Shown here in pieces: positions 43,114-56,683 of a DNA stretch of 64,000 nt; the first letter of the stretch is position 1, and the number at the start of each line of letters is the position of its first letter. Position numbers and translations under genes: made by a program. Source of the stretch: Eledone cirrhosa (Eukaryota). The stretch spans positions 1-64,000 of the forward strand of contig CAXHJY010000656.1 of assembly GCA_964016885.1 (NCBI GenBank), written 5' to 3'. The notes under the pieces were generated by a model. It was not told where the DNA came from. It did no database searches and saw only the letters and a program-made list of their open reading frames with translations.

Positions 43114-43175
43114 CATATATGTATATATATATATATATATATATCACCATATATGTATATATATATATATCACCA

Positions 43176-43206
<31 letters not shown>

Positions 43207-43237
43207 CACCATATATGTATGTAGATATATATATATA
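42438..43237. repeat. (TA)n/(TATG)n microsatellite with recurring TCACCAT interruptions
   Basis: Directly visible. Confidence 0.96.
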
Positions 43238-44392
43238 TCATCATCATCATCAACGTTTAACGTCCGTGTTCCACGCTTGCATGGGTTTGGACGGGGGTAG
43301 TCCCACTTGAGGCAAGAGTGATTGTCTTGCTCGCATAGGACTGTCTGGCAGGTTTTCTACAGTTGTATGCCCTTCCTAATACCAACCACATTTACAGTGT
43401 GGGTCTGGGAGGTTTTTACCGTATTGCCTACACGGCCACATTACAGCGTGGACTGTCTGGCGGGTTTTCTACAGCTGGATGCCCTTCCTAACACCAACCA
43501 CATTTACAGTGTGGGTCTGGGAGGTTTTTACCGTGTTGCCTACACGGCCACATTACAGCGTGGGCTGTGTGTTTTTTGTCGTGACACCTACACGATCTCA
43601 TTTGTTTCGGCCTGGATGGCGCGGCACCAACATAACTTTACATAGAACGGGGGGGGGGGGGGTGTATTTTGTTAGAGATGCCTACTGGCTGGAGTAGGTT
43701 TTACAATATATTTAGGTAAGGCGAGTCTTCTCTGTTACTGAGTACCGCCAAAGGTCTCGGTCCAGTGACATTGTCTTGGAGAGGTGTAAGTGTGTGAGGT
43801 CGGAGTTTATCAGCTCGTCCCAGGTTTTTCTAGGTCTGCCTATTCCGTGGCTACCGTCTATCTTTATTGCCCTGCACTTTGTTATACAGCTATCGACTTT
43901 CATGCGCATCACGTGTCCATACCAACGTAGCCTTCTCTCGATAAACAACATCTGATCCCTCTTATCTCTAATTTTTTCCTTAGTTCGTTTATGCTTTGCC
44001 GTTCACGTATATTACAGTTACACATCCAGCGGAGCATGCAAGCTTCGTTCCTCTCTAGTCTGCGTATATCCTCTGCACACAATGCCCAGGTCTCACTGCC
44101 ATGCAACATTGCTGTTCGTATGCAGGCATCGTACAACCTGCCTTTCATTTTTAGGGAGAACCCTTTAGCGGCTAATAGTGGTATAAGCTCTCTGAACTTT
44201 TTCCAACCAGTTCTGACTCTAGCTACAGTACTTTCAGAGCACCCTCCCCCACTGCTGATTTTATCGCCCAGGTAACGGAAGCTGTCCACTATTTCTATAG
44301 AACCCTCTGCGCAATTGAAAGAGCTAGTATTTTGTGGGCACTTGCTGCTACTTATTGCACCAGAACACCGGCCACATGTAAAATCTATGTTC
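43238..44392 (-). mobile_element. RTE LINE family A, 5'-truncated, with duplicated 3'-UTR module and ~38-bp TSD
   Basis: (CAT)n tail, UTR, ORF pieces [25 protein letters not shown] with one frameshift near 43940. Confidence 0.93.
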
Positions 44393-44513
44393 TATATATC
44401 ACCATATATGTATGTAGATATATATATATAACACCAGATATGTATGTAGATATATATATCACCATATATATATGTATGTATGTATGTATATATATGTATA
44501 TATATATATCACC

Positions 44514-44561
<48 letters not shown>

Positions 44562-44645
44562 GTATATATATATTTATATATATATCATGATGTATGTATA
44601 TATATGTTATGTATGTATGTATGTATATATGTATGTATATATATG

Positions 44646-44677
<32 letters not shown>

Positions 44678-44713
44678 TGTATGTATGTATGTATGTATGT
44701 GTGTGTGTGTATG
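44393..44713. repeat. (TA)n/(TATG)n microsatellite
   Basis: Directly visible. Confidence 0.95.
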
Positions 44714-45133
44714 TTTTCTCTTTCTCTTAATTTCGAGTATATTTTTTTGACCGGCCACCTTCCTGGTGGCAAGGTTGTAAAAGAAAAGAAATTGTCATCC
44801 CTTGAATCGCAAGAATGTTTTGCATATTTTGAAGGTGCCAGCTATCGCAGCCATTTGTAGACTATGAATTAGGGAGCTGCGCTTTTTGTCCGCAAATCCA
44901 AGTTCGGTCATACTTTGGTCCAAGCGGGTTGGTATATAACCCGTAGCTCCAATAATGATGGGTATGAAGCTAAAGGTGTATCTTGGATACTGGATTTGTA
45001 AGCTCCTCATCAATGGTCCGTAGATGTCCTCCTTCTCCTGTATTTTTCTGACAACGTTTACATCAAGTGGGCAGCTGATCTCCACAACAGAACACGTTTT
45101 CAATGTGTGGTCCCAAACTACAATATCAGGCCG
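44714..45133 (-). mobile_element. 3' fragment of an RLE-type non-LTR retrotransposon (R4/Dong-like)
   Basis: RPDIVVWD..CSVVEISCP....EKEDIY..L......PIIIGATG: restriction-like endonuclease motifs of R2-superfamily C-termini; stop at 44795; ~80-nt 3' UTR. Confidence 0.82.
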
Positions 45134-45152
45134 TATGTATGTATGTATGTAT

Positions 45153-45760
45153 GTCAGGTCACCAGTTGGTGCTACTGGTAACATGTATCCCAGTACAACC
45201 TGTCTCATGGTCGGGTCGTTGGCGACTAAACTGGCAACCCCACCAAGGTTTCTTGGTGAGGAGGGTGACTTTGGACATCCTGCAGGACTAAAAACAAAAC
45301 CTGTCAAAGGGCAAAGGAGCTCTTAAGAGTCAATGGCCATTCAAAATCACCGGGAGAGATGACCCCTTAGCCTTTGTCAAGGCAGAATTCTAGGAGAAGG
45401 AAAACTCTGATATAACACCTGCAACCCTGATGGTATCCAATGATGTTGACTTGTTCTTCTTTTTGGTAAATATCATCTTGGTTAAGAGAGTGGGACTGGC
45501 TTTGTGCAGTGCCTTTGCTCACTATAAAAGCTTCACGGCACAGGCATTGCTTTATATCTGGAGATCTCTCTGCACTTGTCGTCACATGGTACCATGGGCC
45601 CAACACTATGTGTCAATAATTGTCACAAGTGTAGTCTTTGTACCAGAGTTTTCAAGTCGCTGGCTGGACTAAAAAGTCACACTCGTTCAGTGCATCAGTA
45701 GGGGTTCTCCTACATGGATATAAAGTAGTGGCCGTACTCGAAAACGAGTTGGCAGCCACC
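45153..45760 (+). mobile_element. Short RTE-derived element (5'-UTR-like region joined to a C2H2 finger remnant and 3' end)
   Basis: Ends with [24 protein letters not shown] and TGGCCGTACTCGAAAACGAG..GGCAGCCA, similar to the end of the 52234-56157 LINE; no EN or RT sequence. Confidence 0.72.
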
Positions 45761-46528
45761 ATGTATGTATGTATGTATATATGTATGTATGTATATGTGT
45801 ATGTATGTATATATATATGTATGTATGTGTATGTATATATGTATATATATATATATTATGTATGTATGTATGTATGTATATATGTGTGTGTATGTATGTA
45901 TGTATGTATGTATATATGTGTATGTATGTATATATGTGTATGTATGTATGTATATATATATATGTGTATGTATGTATATATGTATATGTGTATGTATGTA
46001 TGTGTATGTATGTATGTATGTATATATATATATGTGTATGTATGTATATATGTATGTATGTATGTGTATGTATATATGTATGTATATATGTGTATGTATA
46101 TATATATATATGTGTATGTATATATATATATATATATGTGTATGTATATATATATATGTGTATGTATATATATATATATGTATATGTATATGTGTATGTA
46201 TATATATATATGTGTATGTATATATATATATATGTATATGTATATGTGTATGTATATATGTATATGTGTATGTATGTATATATGTGTGTATGTATGTATA
46301 TATGTGTGTATGTATGTATATATGTGTGTATGTATGTATATATGTGTGTATGTATGTATATATGTGTGTGTATGTATATATATGTATGTGTATGTATGTA
46401 TATATGTGTGTATGTATATATATATATGTGTATGTATGTGTATATGTATATATGTATATGTGTATGTATATGTGTATGTAATATGTATATATATATATAT
46501 GTATATGTGTATGTATATATATATATGT

Positions 46529-46560
<32 letters not shown>

Positions 46561-46679
46561 GTGTATGTATATATATATGTATATGTGTATGTATATATAT
46601 ATATATATGTGTATGTATATATATATATATATATATATGTGTATGTATGTATATATATATATATATATATATGTGTATG

Positions 46680-46722
<43 letters not shown>

Positions 46723-46729
46723 ATGTATA
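45761..46729. repeat. (TATG)n/(TA)n/TGTG compound microsatellite
   Basis: Directly visible. Confidence 0.97.
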
Positions 46730-47940
46730 TCATCATCATCATCAACGTTTAACGTCCGTGTTCCACGCTTGCATGGGTTTGGACGGGGGTAGTCCCACTT
46801 GAGGCAAGAGTGATTGTCTTGCTCGCATAGGACTGTCTGGCAGGTTTTCTACAGTTGGATGCCCTTCCTAACACCAACCACATTTACAGTGTGGGTCTGG
46901 GAGGTTTTTACCGTGTTGCCTACATGGCCACATTACAGCGTGGACTGTGTGTTTTTTTGTCGTGACACCTACACGATCTCATTTGTTTCGGCCTGGATGG
47001 CGCGGCACCAACATAACTTTACATAGAACAGGGTGGTGTGGAGGGGGGTGGGGGGGTGGGGGGGGGGGGGGGGTGTGTGTGTGTATTTTGTTAGAGATGC
47101 CTACTGGCAAGGCGGGTCTTCTCTGTTACTGAGTACCGCCAAAGGTCTCGGTCCAGTGACATTGTCTTGGAGAGGTGTAAGTGTGTGAGGTCGGAGTTTA
47201 TCAGCTCGTCCCAGGTTTTTCTAGGTCTGCCTATTCCGTGGCTACCGTCTATCTTTATTGCCCTGCACTTTGTTATACAGCTATCGACTTTCATGCGCAT
47301 CACGTGTCCATACCAACGTAGCCTTCTCTCGAGTAAACAACATCTGATCCCTCTTATTTCTAATTTTTTCCTTAGTTCGTTTATGCTTTGCCGTTCACGT
47401 ATATTACTGTTACACATCCAGCGGAGCATGCAAGCTTCGTTCCTCTCTAGTCTGCGTATATCCTCTGCACACAATGCCCAGGTCTCACTGCCATGCAACA
47501 TTGCTGTTCGTATGCAGGCATCGTACAACCTGCCTTTCATTTTTAGGGAGAACCCTTTAGCGGCTAATAGTGGTATAAGCTCTCTGAACTTTTTCCAACC
47601 AGTTCTGACTCTAGCTACAGTACTTTCAGAGCACCCTCCCCCACTGCTGATTTTATCGCCCAGGTAACGGAAGCTGTCCACTATTTCTATAGAACCCTCT
47701 GCGCAGTTGAAGGAGCTAGTATTTTGTGGGCACTTGCTGCTACTTATTGCACCAGAGCACCGGCCACATGTAAAATCTATGTTCTTAGTTAGCTTACCTG
47801 TGATCCCACTACATCTTTTATGCACCCATACTTTGCATTTAGGACATAAAATGGAGTTTCTATCTACGCCTTTCCTACACACCGAGCACGACCATTTCCC
47901 AGAAGGGACCGCCGCCTTGTTTTCTTTCCTACAAACTAGA
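46730..47940 (-). mobile_element. RTE LINE family A, 5'-truncated; short deletion removes the stop codon near 47107
   Basis: (CAT)n tail, UTR, open frame from LVCRKENK through the PHD finger to SVTEKTRL. Confidence 0.94.
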
Positions 47941-48024
47941 ATATGTATATATATATATATATATATATGTATATGTATGTATGTATGTATGTATATGTAT
48001 GTATGTATGTATGTATATGTATGT

Positions 48025-48060
<36 letters not shown>

Positions 48061-48066
48061 GTATGT

Positions 48067-48102
<36 letters not shown>

Positions 48103-48169
48103 GTATGTATATATATGTATGTATGTATATATATATATATGTATGTATATATATATATATATATGTATG

Positions 48170-48207
<38 letters not shown>

Positions 48208-48653
48208 TGTATGTATATATATGTATATATATGTATGTATGTATATATATGTATGTATGTATATATATGTATATATATGTATGTATGTATATATATGTAT
48301 ATATATGTATGTATATATATGTATATATATGTATGTATGTATATATATGTATATATATGTATGTATGTATATATATGTATATATATGTATGTATGTATAT
48401 ATGTATATATATGTATGTATGTATATATATATATATATGTATGTATGTATATATATATATATATGTATGTATATATATATATATGTATGTATATATATAT
48501 ATATGTATGTATATATATATATATGTATGTATATATATATATATGTATGTATATATATATATATGTATGTATATATATGTATATATATATATATATATAT
48601 GTATGTATATATGTATATATATGTATATATATGTATATATATATATATGTATG

Positions 48654-48688
<35 letters not shown>

Positions 48689-48785
48689 GTATGTATATAT
48701 ATATATATATGTATATATGTATATATGTATATATATGTATATATATGTATATATATATATATGTATGTATATATATATATACATG

Positions 48786-48820
<35 letters not shown>

Positions 48821-48835
48821 GTATGTATATATATG

Positions 48836-48866
<31 letters not shown>

Positions 48867-49341
48867 ATATATATATATGTATATATATATATGTATATAT
48901 ATATATGTATATATATGTATGTATATATATATATATATGTATGTATATATATATGTATGTATATATATATGTATGTATATATATATATATATATGTATGT
49001 ATATATATATGTATGTATATATATATATATATGTATGTATATATATATGTATGTATATATATATATATATGTATGTATATATATATGTATGTATATATAT
49101 ATATATATATATGTATGTATATATATATGTATGTATATATATATGTATGTATATATATATGTATGTATATATATATGTATGTATATATATATGTATGTAT
49201 ATATATATGTATGTATGTATATATATATGTATGTATGTATGTATATATATATGTATGTATGTATGTATATATATATATATGTATGTATATATATATGTAT
49301 GTATATATATATGTATGTATGTATATATATATATATGTATG

Positions 49342-49372
<31 letters not shown>

Positions 49373-49389
49373 ATATATATATATGTATG

Positions 49390-49420
<31 letters not shown>

Positions 49421-49485
49421 ATATATATATGTATGTATATATATATATGTATATATATATATGTATGTATATATATATATGTATG

Positions 49486-49516
<31 letters not shown>

Positions 49517-49539
49517 GTATGTATATATATATATGTATG

Positions 49540-49574
<35 letters not shown>

Positions 49575-49627
49575 GTATGTATATATATATATATGTATGT
49601 ATATATATATATGTATATATATGTATG

Positions 49628-49692
<65 letters not shown>

Positions 49693-49837
49693 GTATGTAT
49701 ATATATATATATATATATGTATGTATATATATATATATGTATGTATATATATATATGTATATATATGTATGTATATATATATATATGTATGTATATATAT
49801 ATATGTATATATATATATGTATATATATATATGTATG

Positions 49838-49872
<35 letters not shown>

Positions 49873-49877
49873 GTATG

Positions 49878-49912
<35 letters not shown>

Positions 49913-50084
49913 GTATGTATATATATATATATATGTATGTATATATATATATATATATGTATGTATATGTATGTATGTATATATATATATGTATGTATGT
50001 ATATATATATATGTATGTATATATATATATGTATGTATGTATATATATATATGTATGTATATATATATATGTATGTATATATAT

Positions 50085-50118
<34 letters not shown>

Positions 50119-50142
50119 GTATGTATATATATATATGTATGT

Positions 50143-50176
<34 letters not shown>

Positions 50177-50523
50177 GTATGTATATATATATATATATAT
50201 GTATGTATATATATATATGTATGTATATATATATATGTATGTATGTATATATATATATATATATGTATGTATATATATATATGTATGTATGTATATATAT
50301 ATATATATATGTATGTATATATATATATATGTATGTATATATATATATATGTATGTATATATATATATATATATATGTATTTATATATATATATATATAT
50401 GTATGTATATATATATATATGTATATATGTATGTATATATATATATATGTATATATATATGTATATATATATGTATGTATATGTATATATATATATATGT
50501 ATGTATATGTATATATATGTATG

Positions 50524-50590
<67 letters not shown>

Positions 50591-51163
50591 ATATATATAT
50601 ATGTATGTATGTATATATATATATATGTATATATGTATGTATATATATATATATGTATATATGTATGTATATATATATATATGTATATATGTATGTATAT
50701 ATATATATATGTATATATGTATGTATATATATATATATGTATATATGTATGTATATATATATATATGTATGTATGTATATATATATATATGTATATATGT
50801 ATGTATATATATATATATGTATGTATGTATGTATGTATATATATATATATGTATATATGTATGTATATATATATATATGTATATATGTATGTATATATAT
50901 ATATATGTATATATGTATGTATATATATATATATGTATATATGTATGTATATATATATATATGTATATATGTATGTATATATATATATGTATATATGTAT
51001 ATATGTATGTATATATATATATGTATATATGTATATATGTATGTATATATATATATGTATGTATATATATATATATGTATATATGTATGTATATATATAT
51101 ATGTATGTATATATATATATATGTATATATGTATGTATATATATATATATATACATACATATA

Positions 51164-51213
<50 letters not shown>

Positions 51214-51229
51214 TATATACATACATATA

Positions 51230-51287
<58 letters not shown>

Positions 51288-51310
51288 CATACATATATAT
51301 ATGTATATAT
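47941..51310. repeat. 3.4-kb (TA)n/(TATG)n microsatellite
   Basis: Directly visible. Confidence 0.98.
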
Positions 51311-51525
51311 ATTGCTTTATATCTGGAGATCTCTCTGCACTTGTCGTCACATGGTACCATGGGCCCAGCACTATGTGTCAATAATTGTCACAGGTGTAGT
51401 GTTTGTACCAGAGTTTTCAAGTCGCTGGCTGGACTAAAAAGTCACACTCGTTCAGCGCATTGGTAGGGGTTCTCCTACATGGATATAAAGTAGTGGCCGT
51501 ACTCGAAAACGAGTTGGCAGCCACC
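51311..51525 (+). mobile_element. Second, 5'-truncated copy of the short RTE-derived element
   Basis: Colinear with 45546-45760 with a handful of substitutions; encodes [22 protein letters not shown]. Confidence 0.8.
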
Positions 51526-51584
51526 ATATATATGTATGTATATATATATATATATATGTATGTATATATATATATATATGTATG

Positions 51585-51618
<34 letters not shown>

Positions 51619-51644
51619 TGTATGTATATATGTATATATGTATG

Positions 51645-51694
<50 letters not shown>

Positions 51695-51712
51695 TATATG
51701 TATATATGTATG

Positions 51713-51803
<91 letters not shown>

Positions 51804-52035
51804 ATATATATATATGTATATATGTATGTATATATATATATATGTATATATGTATATGTATATGTATATATATATATGTATATGTATATATATATATGTA
51901 TATGTATATATATGTATATGTATATATATGTATATGTATATGTATGTATATGTATATATATGTATATGTATATATATGTATATATATGTATATGTATATG
52001 TATATATATATGTATATGTATATATATGTATATGT

Positions 52036-52067
<32 letters not shown>

Positions 52068-52233
52068 GTATATATATTTGTATATGTATATGTATATATA
52101 TATATATATGTATATATATTTGTATATGTATATATATATATATATGTGTATGTATATATATTTGTATATGTATGTATATATATATATGTATATATATATA
52201 TGTATTTGTATATGTATGTATGTATATATATAT
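51526..52233. repeat. (TA)n/(TATG)n microsatellite
   Basis: Directly visible. Confidence 0.97.
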
Positions 52234-52271
52234 ACAGGCATTGCACGAGTGCATTAATAATTATTAATAGT

Positions 52272-52308
<37 letters not shown>

Positions 52309-55300
52309 TATTATTACTTTTTTTTTTTTTTTTTTATTTATTTATTTATTTATTTTTTTTTTTTTTTCCCAATTCAATGATGTTCCAGAACAATGTAAAC
52401 GAGATGATTGCCAATTTGGGTTCTGGAACAAAAGAGATCATTGGCAATAAGGGCAGGGGCCCCAAGTTATCACAACCTGGGCCCGCCCGTCATCGTGCCA
52501 TTGTAATAGAGCCAAACAGGGCATTTAGTCTTGGCTGCTGGAACGTACGGACGCTGCTTGACAGGGATTCTTTGGAGCGTCCTGAACGAAGGACCGCTCT
52601 TGTTGCGAAGGAGCTTCGACGTTACGATCTTGACATCGTAGCTTTGTCTGAGACGAGGTTAGCTGGAGATGGTCATCTTACGGAATTTTGTGGAGAATAT
52701 ACATTCTTCTGGAAAGGAAGAGATGAAGGAACCAGAAGAGAGGCTGGGGTAGGATTTGCTGTTAAGACTGTACTGGTGAATAAATTAGAAGAATTCCCAG
52801 TGGGGATTAGTGAGCGTCTTATGTCCATGAGAGTTCCGCTGGACAAGGGAAGATATGCTACCCTGGTGAGTGTGTATGCTCCAACTATGAATTCTGTCGA
52901 TGAAGAAAAACTGTCCTTTTACCATGCATTGAAAGGTGTTTTAAGAAATATCCCTCAGGCAGACAAAGTCATCGTGCTTGGTGACTTTAATGCTAGAGTG
53001 GGTAGGGATTTTAACACATGGAATGTAATCGGAAGGCATGGGGTGGGAAAGTGTAACAGCAATGGTATGCTCTTGCTGCAGATGTGTGAGGAGCTGGATC
53101 TGTGTGTTACCAACACCATGTTCCAACAAAAGAACAAATTCAAGACCACATGGATGCATCCTGCATCTAAGGAATGGCATCTTTTGGACTACGTCCTAGT
53201 CAGGATGCGTGACAGACAGGATGTGCGGTGTGTTCGTGTTCTTCGTGGAGCTGAGTGCTGGACGGACCACCGCCTGGTACGCGCAAAAGTGAATCTAATC
53301 ACCAAACGTAAAATCCGGGCTCCTGGTGTTACCCTGCCCAAAAGATTGAATGCTGCTCGTCTTAAGGATAAAAATGTGAAGAGGACATTGGAAGAAGAGA
53401 TGCAGGCTGCAGATCTTGGTGAGGATTGGCCGACCCTTAAAAAGTCGGTTTACGATGTAGGCAGACGTGTTCTGGGATTGGTGCAGAGAAAACATCAGGA
53501 CTGGTTTAATGAGAAAGATGTGCATATAGATGACTTGTTGGCTGATAAGAGGCGCGCTCTGTCACGCTACTTGACGGCAAGACCACAGGAGAGGAATACG
53601 TTGCATGAGGAGCTCAGGGATGTAAAATCACGTGTTAGGCGGAGTCTTTCTCAGATGAAGGATCAGTGGTGGAGTGAGAAGGCTGGTGAGATACAAACTG
53701 CGTCTGATTGCAATAACACAAAGCTGTTGTACAGTCTCTTGCGTGAGGTTTATGGACCGTCTTCTTCTCTGGTGACACCGATTCGCAGCAGGGATGGCAA
53801 AGAACTTCTTCGTGACTCACAGGGAATTCTACGAAGGTGGCGAGAGCACTTTGATGATCTTTTGAATCAGCCGTCTGTCGTCAGTGAAGATTTCCTCAAT
53901 CTCATTCCGGAAAGTCCTGTGAAAGTAGCTCTCGCAGAGCCTCCGACACTTGTGGAGGTTGCAGTGGCTATTTCGAAGCTGAACAGTGGAAGATCTCCAG
54001 GTATGGATGGCATACATGCTGAGCTCCTACAATATGGTGGTGAGAGACTCCTGCAACATCTTCACTCTCTGTTTGGAAGGATATGGGCTAATGAATCCGT
54101 GCCTGAGGACTGGAGAGATGCAGTAATGGTGGTCTTGTACAAGGGAAAGGGTAACAGGAATGATTGTGGGAACTACAGAGGTATATCATTGCTTTCTGTC
54201 GTGGGGAAAGTTTTATGTAGGGTGCTTCTGGACCGTCTGCTGACACACATTGCAGATTGTGTCCTTCCTGAAAGTCAATCTGGTTTTCGTGTTGGACGCG
54301 GCACTACTGATATGATCTTCTCAGCTAGACAGCTCCAGGAGAAGTGCATTGAACAGGGCTTGGATCTGTATCAGGTTTTTGTCGATCTGACAAAGGCTTT
54401 CGATACTGTCAACAGAGATGCATTATGGAAGGTTCTCCAGAAACTTGGTTGCCCTGATAAGTTCCTTGCTTTAGTTAGGTCTTTCCATGACGACATGAAG
54501 GCTTGGGTTAATGTCGGAGGTAACATGTCGGAGCCTATCTCAGTAAAAAATGGAGTGAAACAGGGGGATATTCCAGCACCGACCCTGTTTGCCATATACT
54601 TTGCAATGGTTTTCTGTATTGCATTCAGGAATTGCGAGCATGGTGTTTACATCCGATATCGAACCTCAGGCAGCATATTTAACATCAGGCGCTTTGCTGC
54701 GAAGACAAAAGTATTTACATCAGTCATAAGAGACCTCTTGTATGCAGATGATTGCGATCTTGTAGCGCACACAGAGAGTGATATGCAGCACATTTTGAAT
54801 GTATTTTCTGACGCTTGCACTGCCCTGGGTTTGACTGTCAGTCTCAAGAAAACCGTCGTCATGTACCAACCTGCACCTGGTAGGCAGTACACTGAACCAA
54901 ACATCTATGTGTATGGCAAACGACTTGGAGTGGTTGATCAGTTTGTCTACCTGGGAAGCACTGTCAATCGATACGGCAACCTTGACAGTGAAATCTCACT
55001 TAGGATTAGGAAAGCAAGTGATGCTTTCGGAAAGCTAGAAAGGCGACTCTGGGGTCGGCGAGACATATGCAGGAGGACAAAGGTAAAGGTGTACAGGGCA
55101 TGTGTACTCTCTTGTCTTCTTTATGCCTGCGAGACCTGGGTCACATATCGACGCCACCTTAAGCAATTGGAGCGTTTCCATCAGATGTGTCTCAGACGGA
55201 TACATGGCGTTCGCTGGAGGGACCACATCAGTGATGTCGAGATTTTGGAAAGCTCTATGTGTGACAGTATAGAAGCTCTTGTGCTTAAGCAGCGACTCCG

Positions 55301-55930
55301 TTGGAGTGGTCACCTTGCCAGGATGAAGGATTCTAGAATACCAAAACAACTCTTCTATGGAGAGTTGGTTAAAGGAAAACGACCGCCACATAAACCAAAA
55401 AAGAGGTATAAGGATTCCTTGAAGGCCTCTCTGAGAGACGCTAACATCTCTGCTGATACATGGGAAAATGTTGCTGCTGATCGTAATAAATGGAGAAAGA
55501 CTGTATATGAGGGAAAAGTTGCCTTTGAGGCATCTCGAATCGCACACGAGAAAGTAAAGCGGGACGTGAGGAAGGGTATTGCTGTTGCACTTCCAGACGG
55601 CGAGGGTCCTCCTATGTTTCTGACATGCAGCGTCTGTGCGAGACTCTGCCTAAGCAAAGCTGGACTCGAAAGTCATCTTCGCAGTCATAAAGTAAGACCA
55701 GTGGTTGACTACCAGGCTGCTGTTGGAGATGCTACTCATCATGCTTGCCAAACATGTGGTAGAGAATGTAAATCAGCAGGAGGACTCAAGCGACATGCAA
55801 AAGTACACGAACTCCAACCACAGCCGACTATTCCCAGTAAATGTTTTGGTTGCCGACTCTGTGCAAGACATTTTGGATCATTGGCTGGGCTAAAAAGCCA
55901 CATTCGATCGCAGCACTGTTAGTTGCTATC

Positions 55931-55976
<46 letters not shown>

Positions 55977-56055
55977 GCTTATGTGCGTGCGTGTGTGTGT
56001 ATATATATATGAATATGTATATTATTATTGTTGTTGTCGTTATTATTATTATTGC

Positions 56056-56119
<64 letters not shown>

Positions 56120-56157
56120 GTGCAATGGCCATACTCGATAACGAGGGGGCAGCCATC
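52234..56157 (+). mobile_element. RTE-clade (BovB-like) LINE family C with complete ORF
   Basis: Single long ORF; UTRs contain (TTA)n, poly-T and (GT)n; 3' terminal stem-loop CTCG-ATAA-CGAG; direct repeats in the flanks. Confidence 0.93.
52377..55922 (+). CDS. LINE polyprotein: APE endonuclease, reverse transcriptase, three C-terminal C2H2 zinc fingers (~1181 aa)
   Basis: WNVRTL, ALSETR, YAPT, GDFNA, LDY, TDH; [43 protein letters not shown]; CSVC..HLRSH, CQTC..HAKVH, CRLC..HIRSQH. First ATG after the poly-T tract taken as start (inferred). Confidence 0.92.
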   Translation: MMFQNNVNEMIANLGSGTKEIIGNKGRGPKLSQPGPARHRAIVIEPNRAFSLGCWNVRTLLDRDSLERPERRTALVAKELRRYDLDIVALSETRLAGDGHLTEFCGEYTFFWKGRDEGTRREAGVGFAVKTVLVNKLEEFPVGISERLMSMRVPLDKGRYATLVSVYAPTMNSVDEEKLSFYHALKGVLRNIPQADKVIVLGDFNARVGRDFNTWNVIGRHGVGKCNSNGMLLLQMCEELDLCVTNTMFQQKNKFKTTWMHPASKEWHLLDYVLVRMRDRQDVRCVRVLRGAECWTDHRLVRAKVNLITKRKIRAPGVTLPKRLNAARLKDKNVKRTLEEEMQAADLGEDWPTLKKSVYDVGRRVLGLVQRKHQDWFNEKDVHIDDLLADKRRALSRYLTARPQERNTLHEELRDVKSRVRRSLSQMKDQWWSEKAGEIQTASDCNNTKLLYSLLREVYGPSSSLVTPIRSRDGKELLRDSQGILRRWREHFDDLLNQPSVVSEDFLNLIPESPVKVALAEPPTLVEVAVAISKLNSGRSPGMDGIHAELLQYGGERLLQHLHSLFGRIWANESVPEDWRDAVMVVLYKGKGNRNDCGNYRGISLLSVVGKVLCRVLLDRLLTHIADCVLPESQSGFRVGRGTTDMIFSARQLQEKCIEQGLDLYQVFVDLTKAFDTVNRDALWKVLQKLGCPDKFLALVRSFHDDMKAWVNVGGNMSEPISVKNGVKQGDIPAPTLFAIYFAMVFCIAFRNCEHGVYIRYRTSGSIFNIRRFAAKTKVFTSVIRDLLYADDCDLVAHTESDMQHILNVFSDACTALGLTVSLKKTVVMYQPAPGRQYTEPNIYVYGKRLGVVDQFVYLGSTVNRYGNLDSEISLRIRKASDAFGKLERRLWGRRDICRRTKVKVYRACVLSCLLYACETWVTYRRHLKQLERFHQMCLRRIHGVRWRDHISDVEILESSMCDSIEALVLKQRLRWSGHLARMKDSRIPKQLFYGELVKGKRPPHKPKKRYKDSLKASLRDANISADTWENVAADRNKWRKTVYEGKVAFEASRIAHEKVKRDVRKGIAVALPDGEGPPMFLTCSVCARLCLSKAGLESHLRSHKVRPVVDYQAAVGDATHHACQTCGRECKSAGGLKRHAKVHELQPQPTIPSKCFGCRLCARHFGSLAGLKSHIRSQHC

Positions 56158-56551
56158 ATATGTATGTATATATATATATGTATATATATATATGTATTTG
56201 TATATGTATGTATATATATATATGTATATATATATATGTATTTGTATATGTATGTATGTATATATATGTATATATATATATGTATATATATATGTATGTA
56301 TATATACATATGTATATATATATATGTATGTATATATATATGTATGTATATATATATATGTATGTATATGTATGTATGTATATATATATGTATGTATATA
56401 TACATATGTATATGTATATATATATATGTATGTATATATATATGTATGTATATATATATGTATGTATATATATATATGTATGTATATATATATGTATATA
56501 TATATATGTATATATATATATGTATATATATATATGTATATATATATATGT

Positions 56552-56592
<41 letters not shown>

Positions 56593-56650
56593 TGTATGTA
56601 TATATATATGTATATGTATATGTATATATATATATATATGTATATATATG

Positions 56651-56683
<33 letters not shown>

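Noticed and set aside
44795-45307. 170-aa ORF as a single gene
   Set aside because: Chimeric frame: antisense of the short RTE derivative, (CATA)n, then the RLE fragment.
47091-55922. 1426-aa and 1446-aa ORFs as giant fusion proteins
   Set aside because: Their length comes from read-through of stop-free microsatellite into LINE frames; only 52377-55922 and the LINE part of 47091-47940 are real coding-derived sequence.
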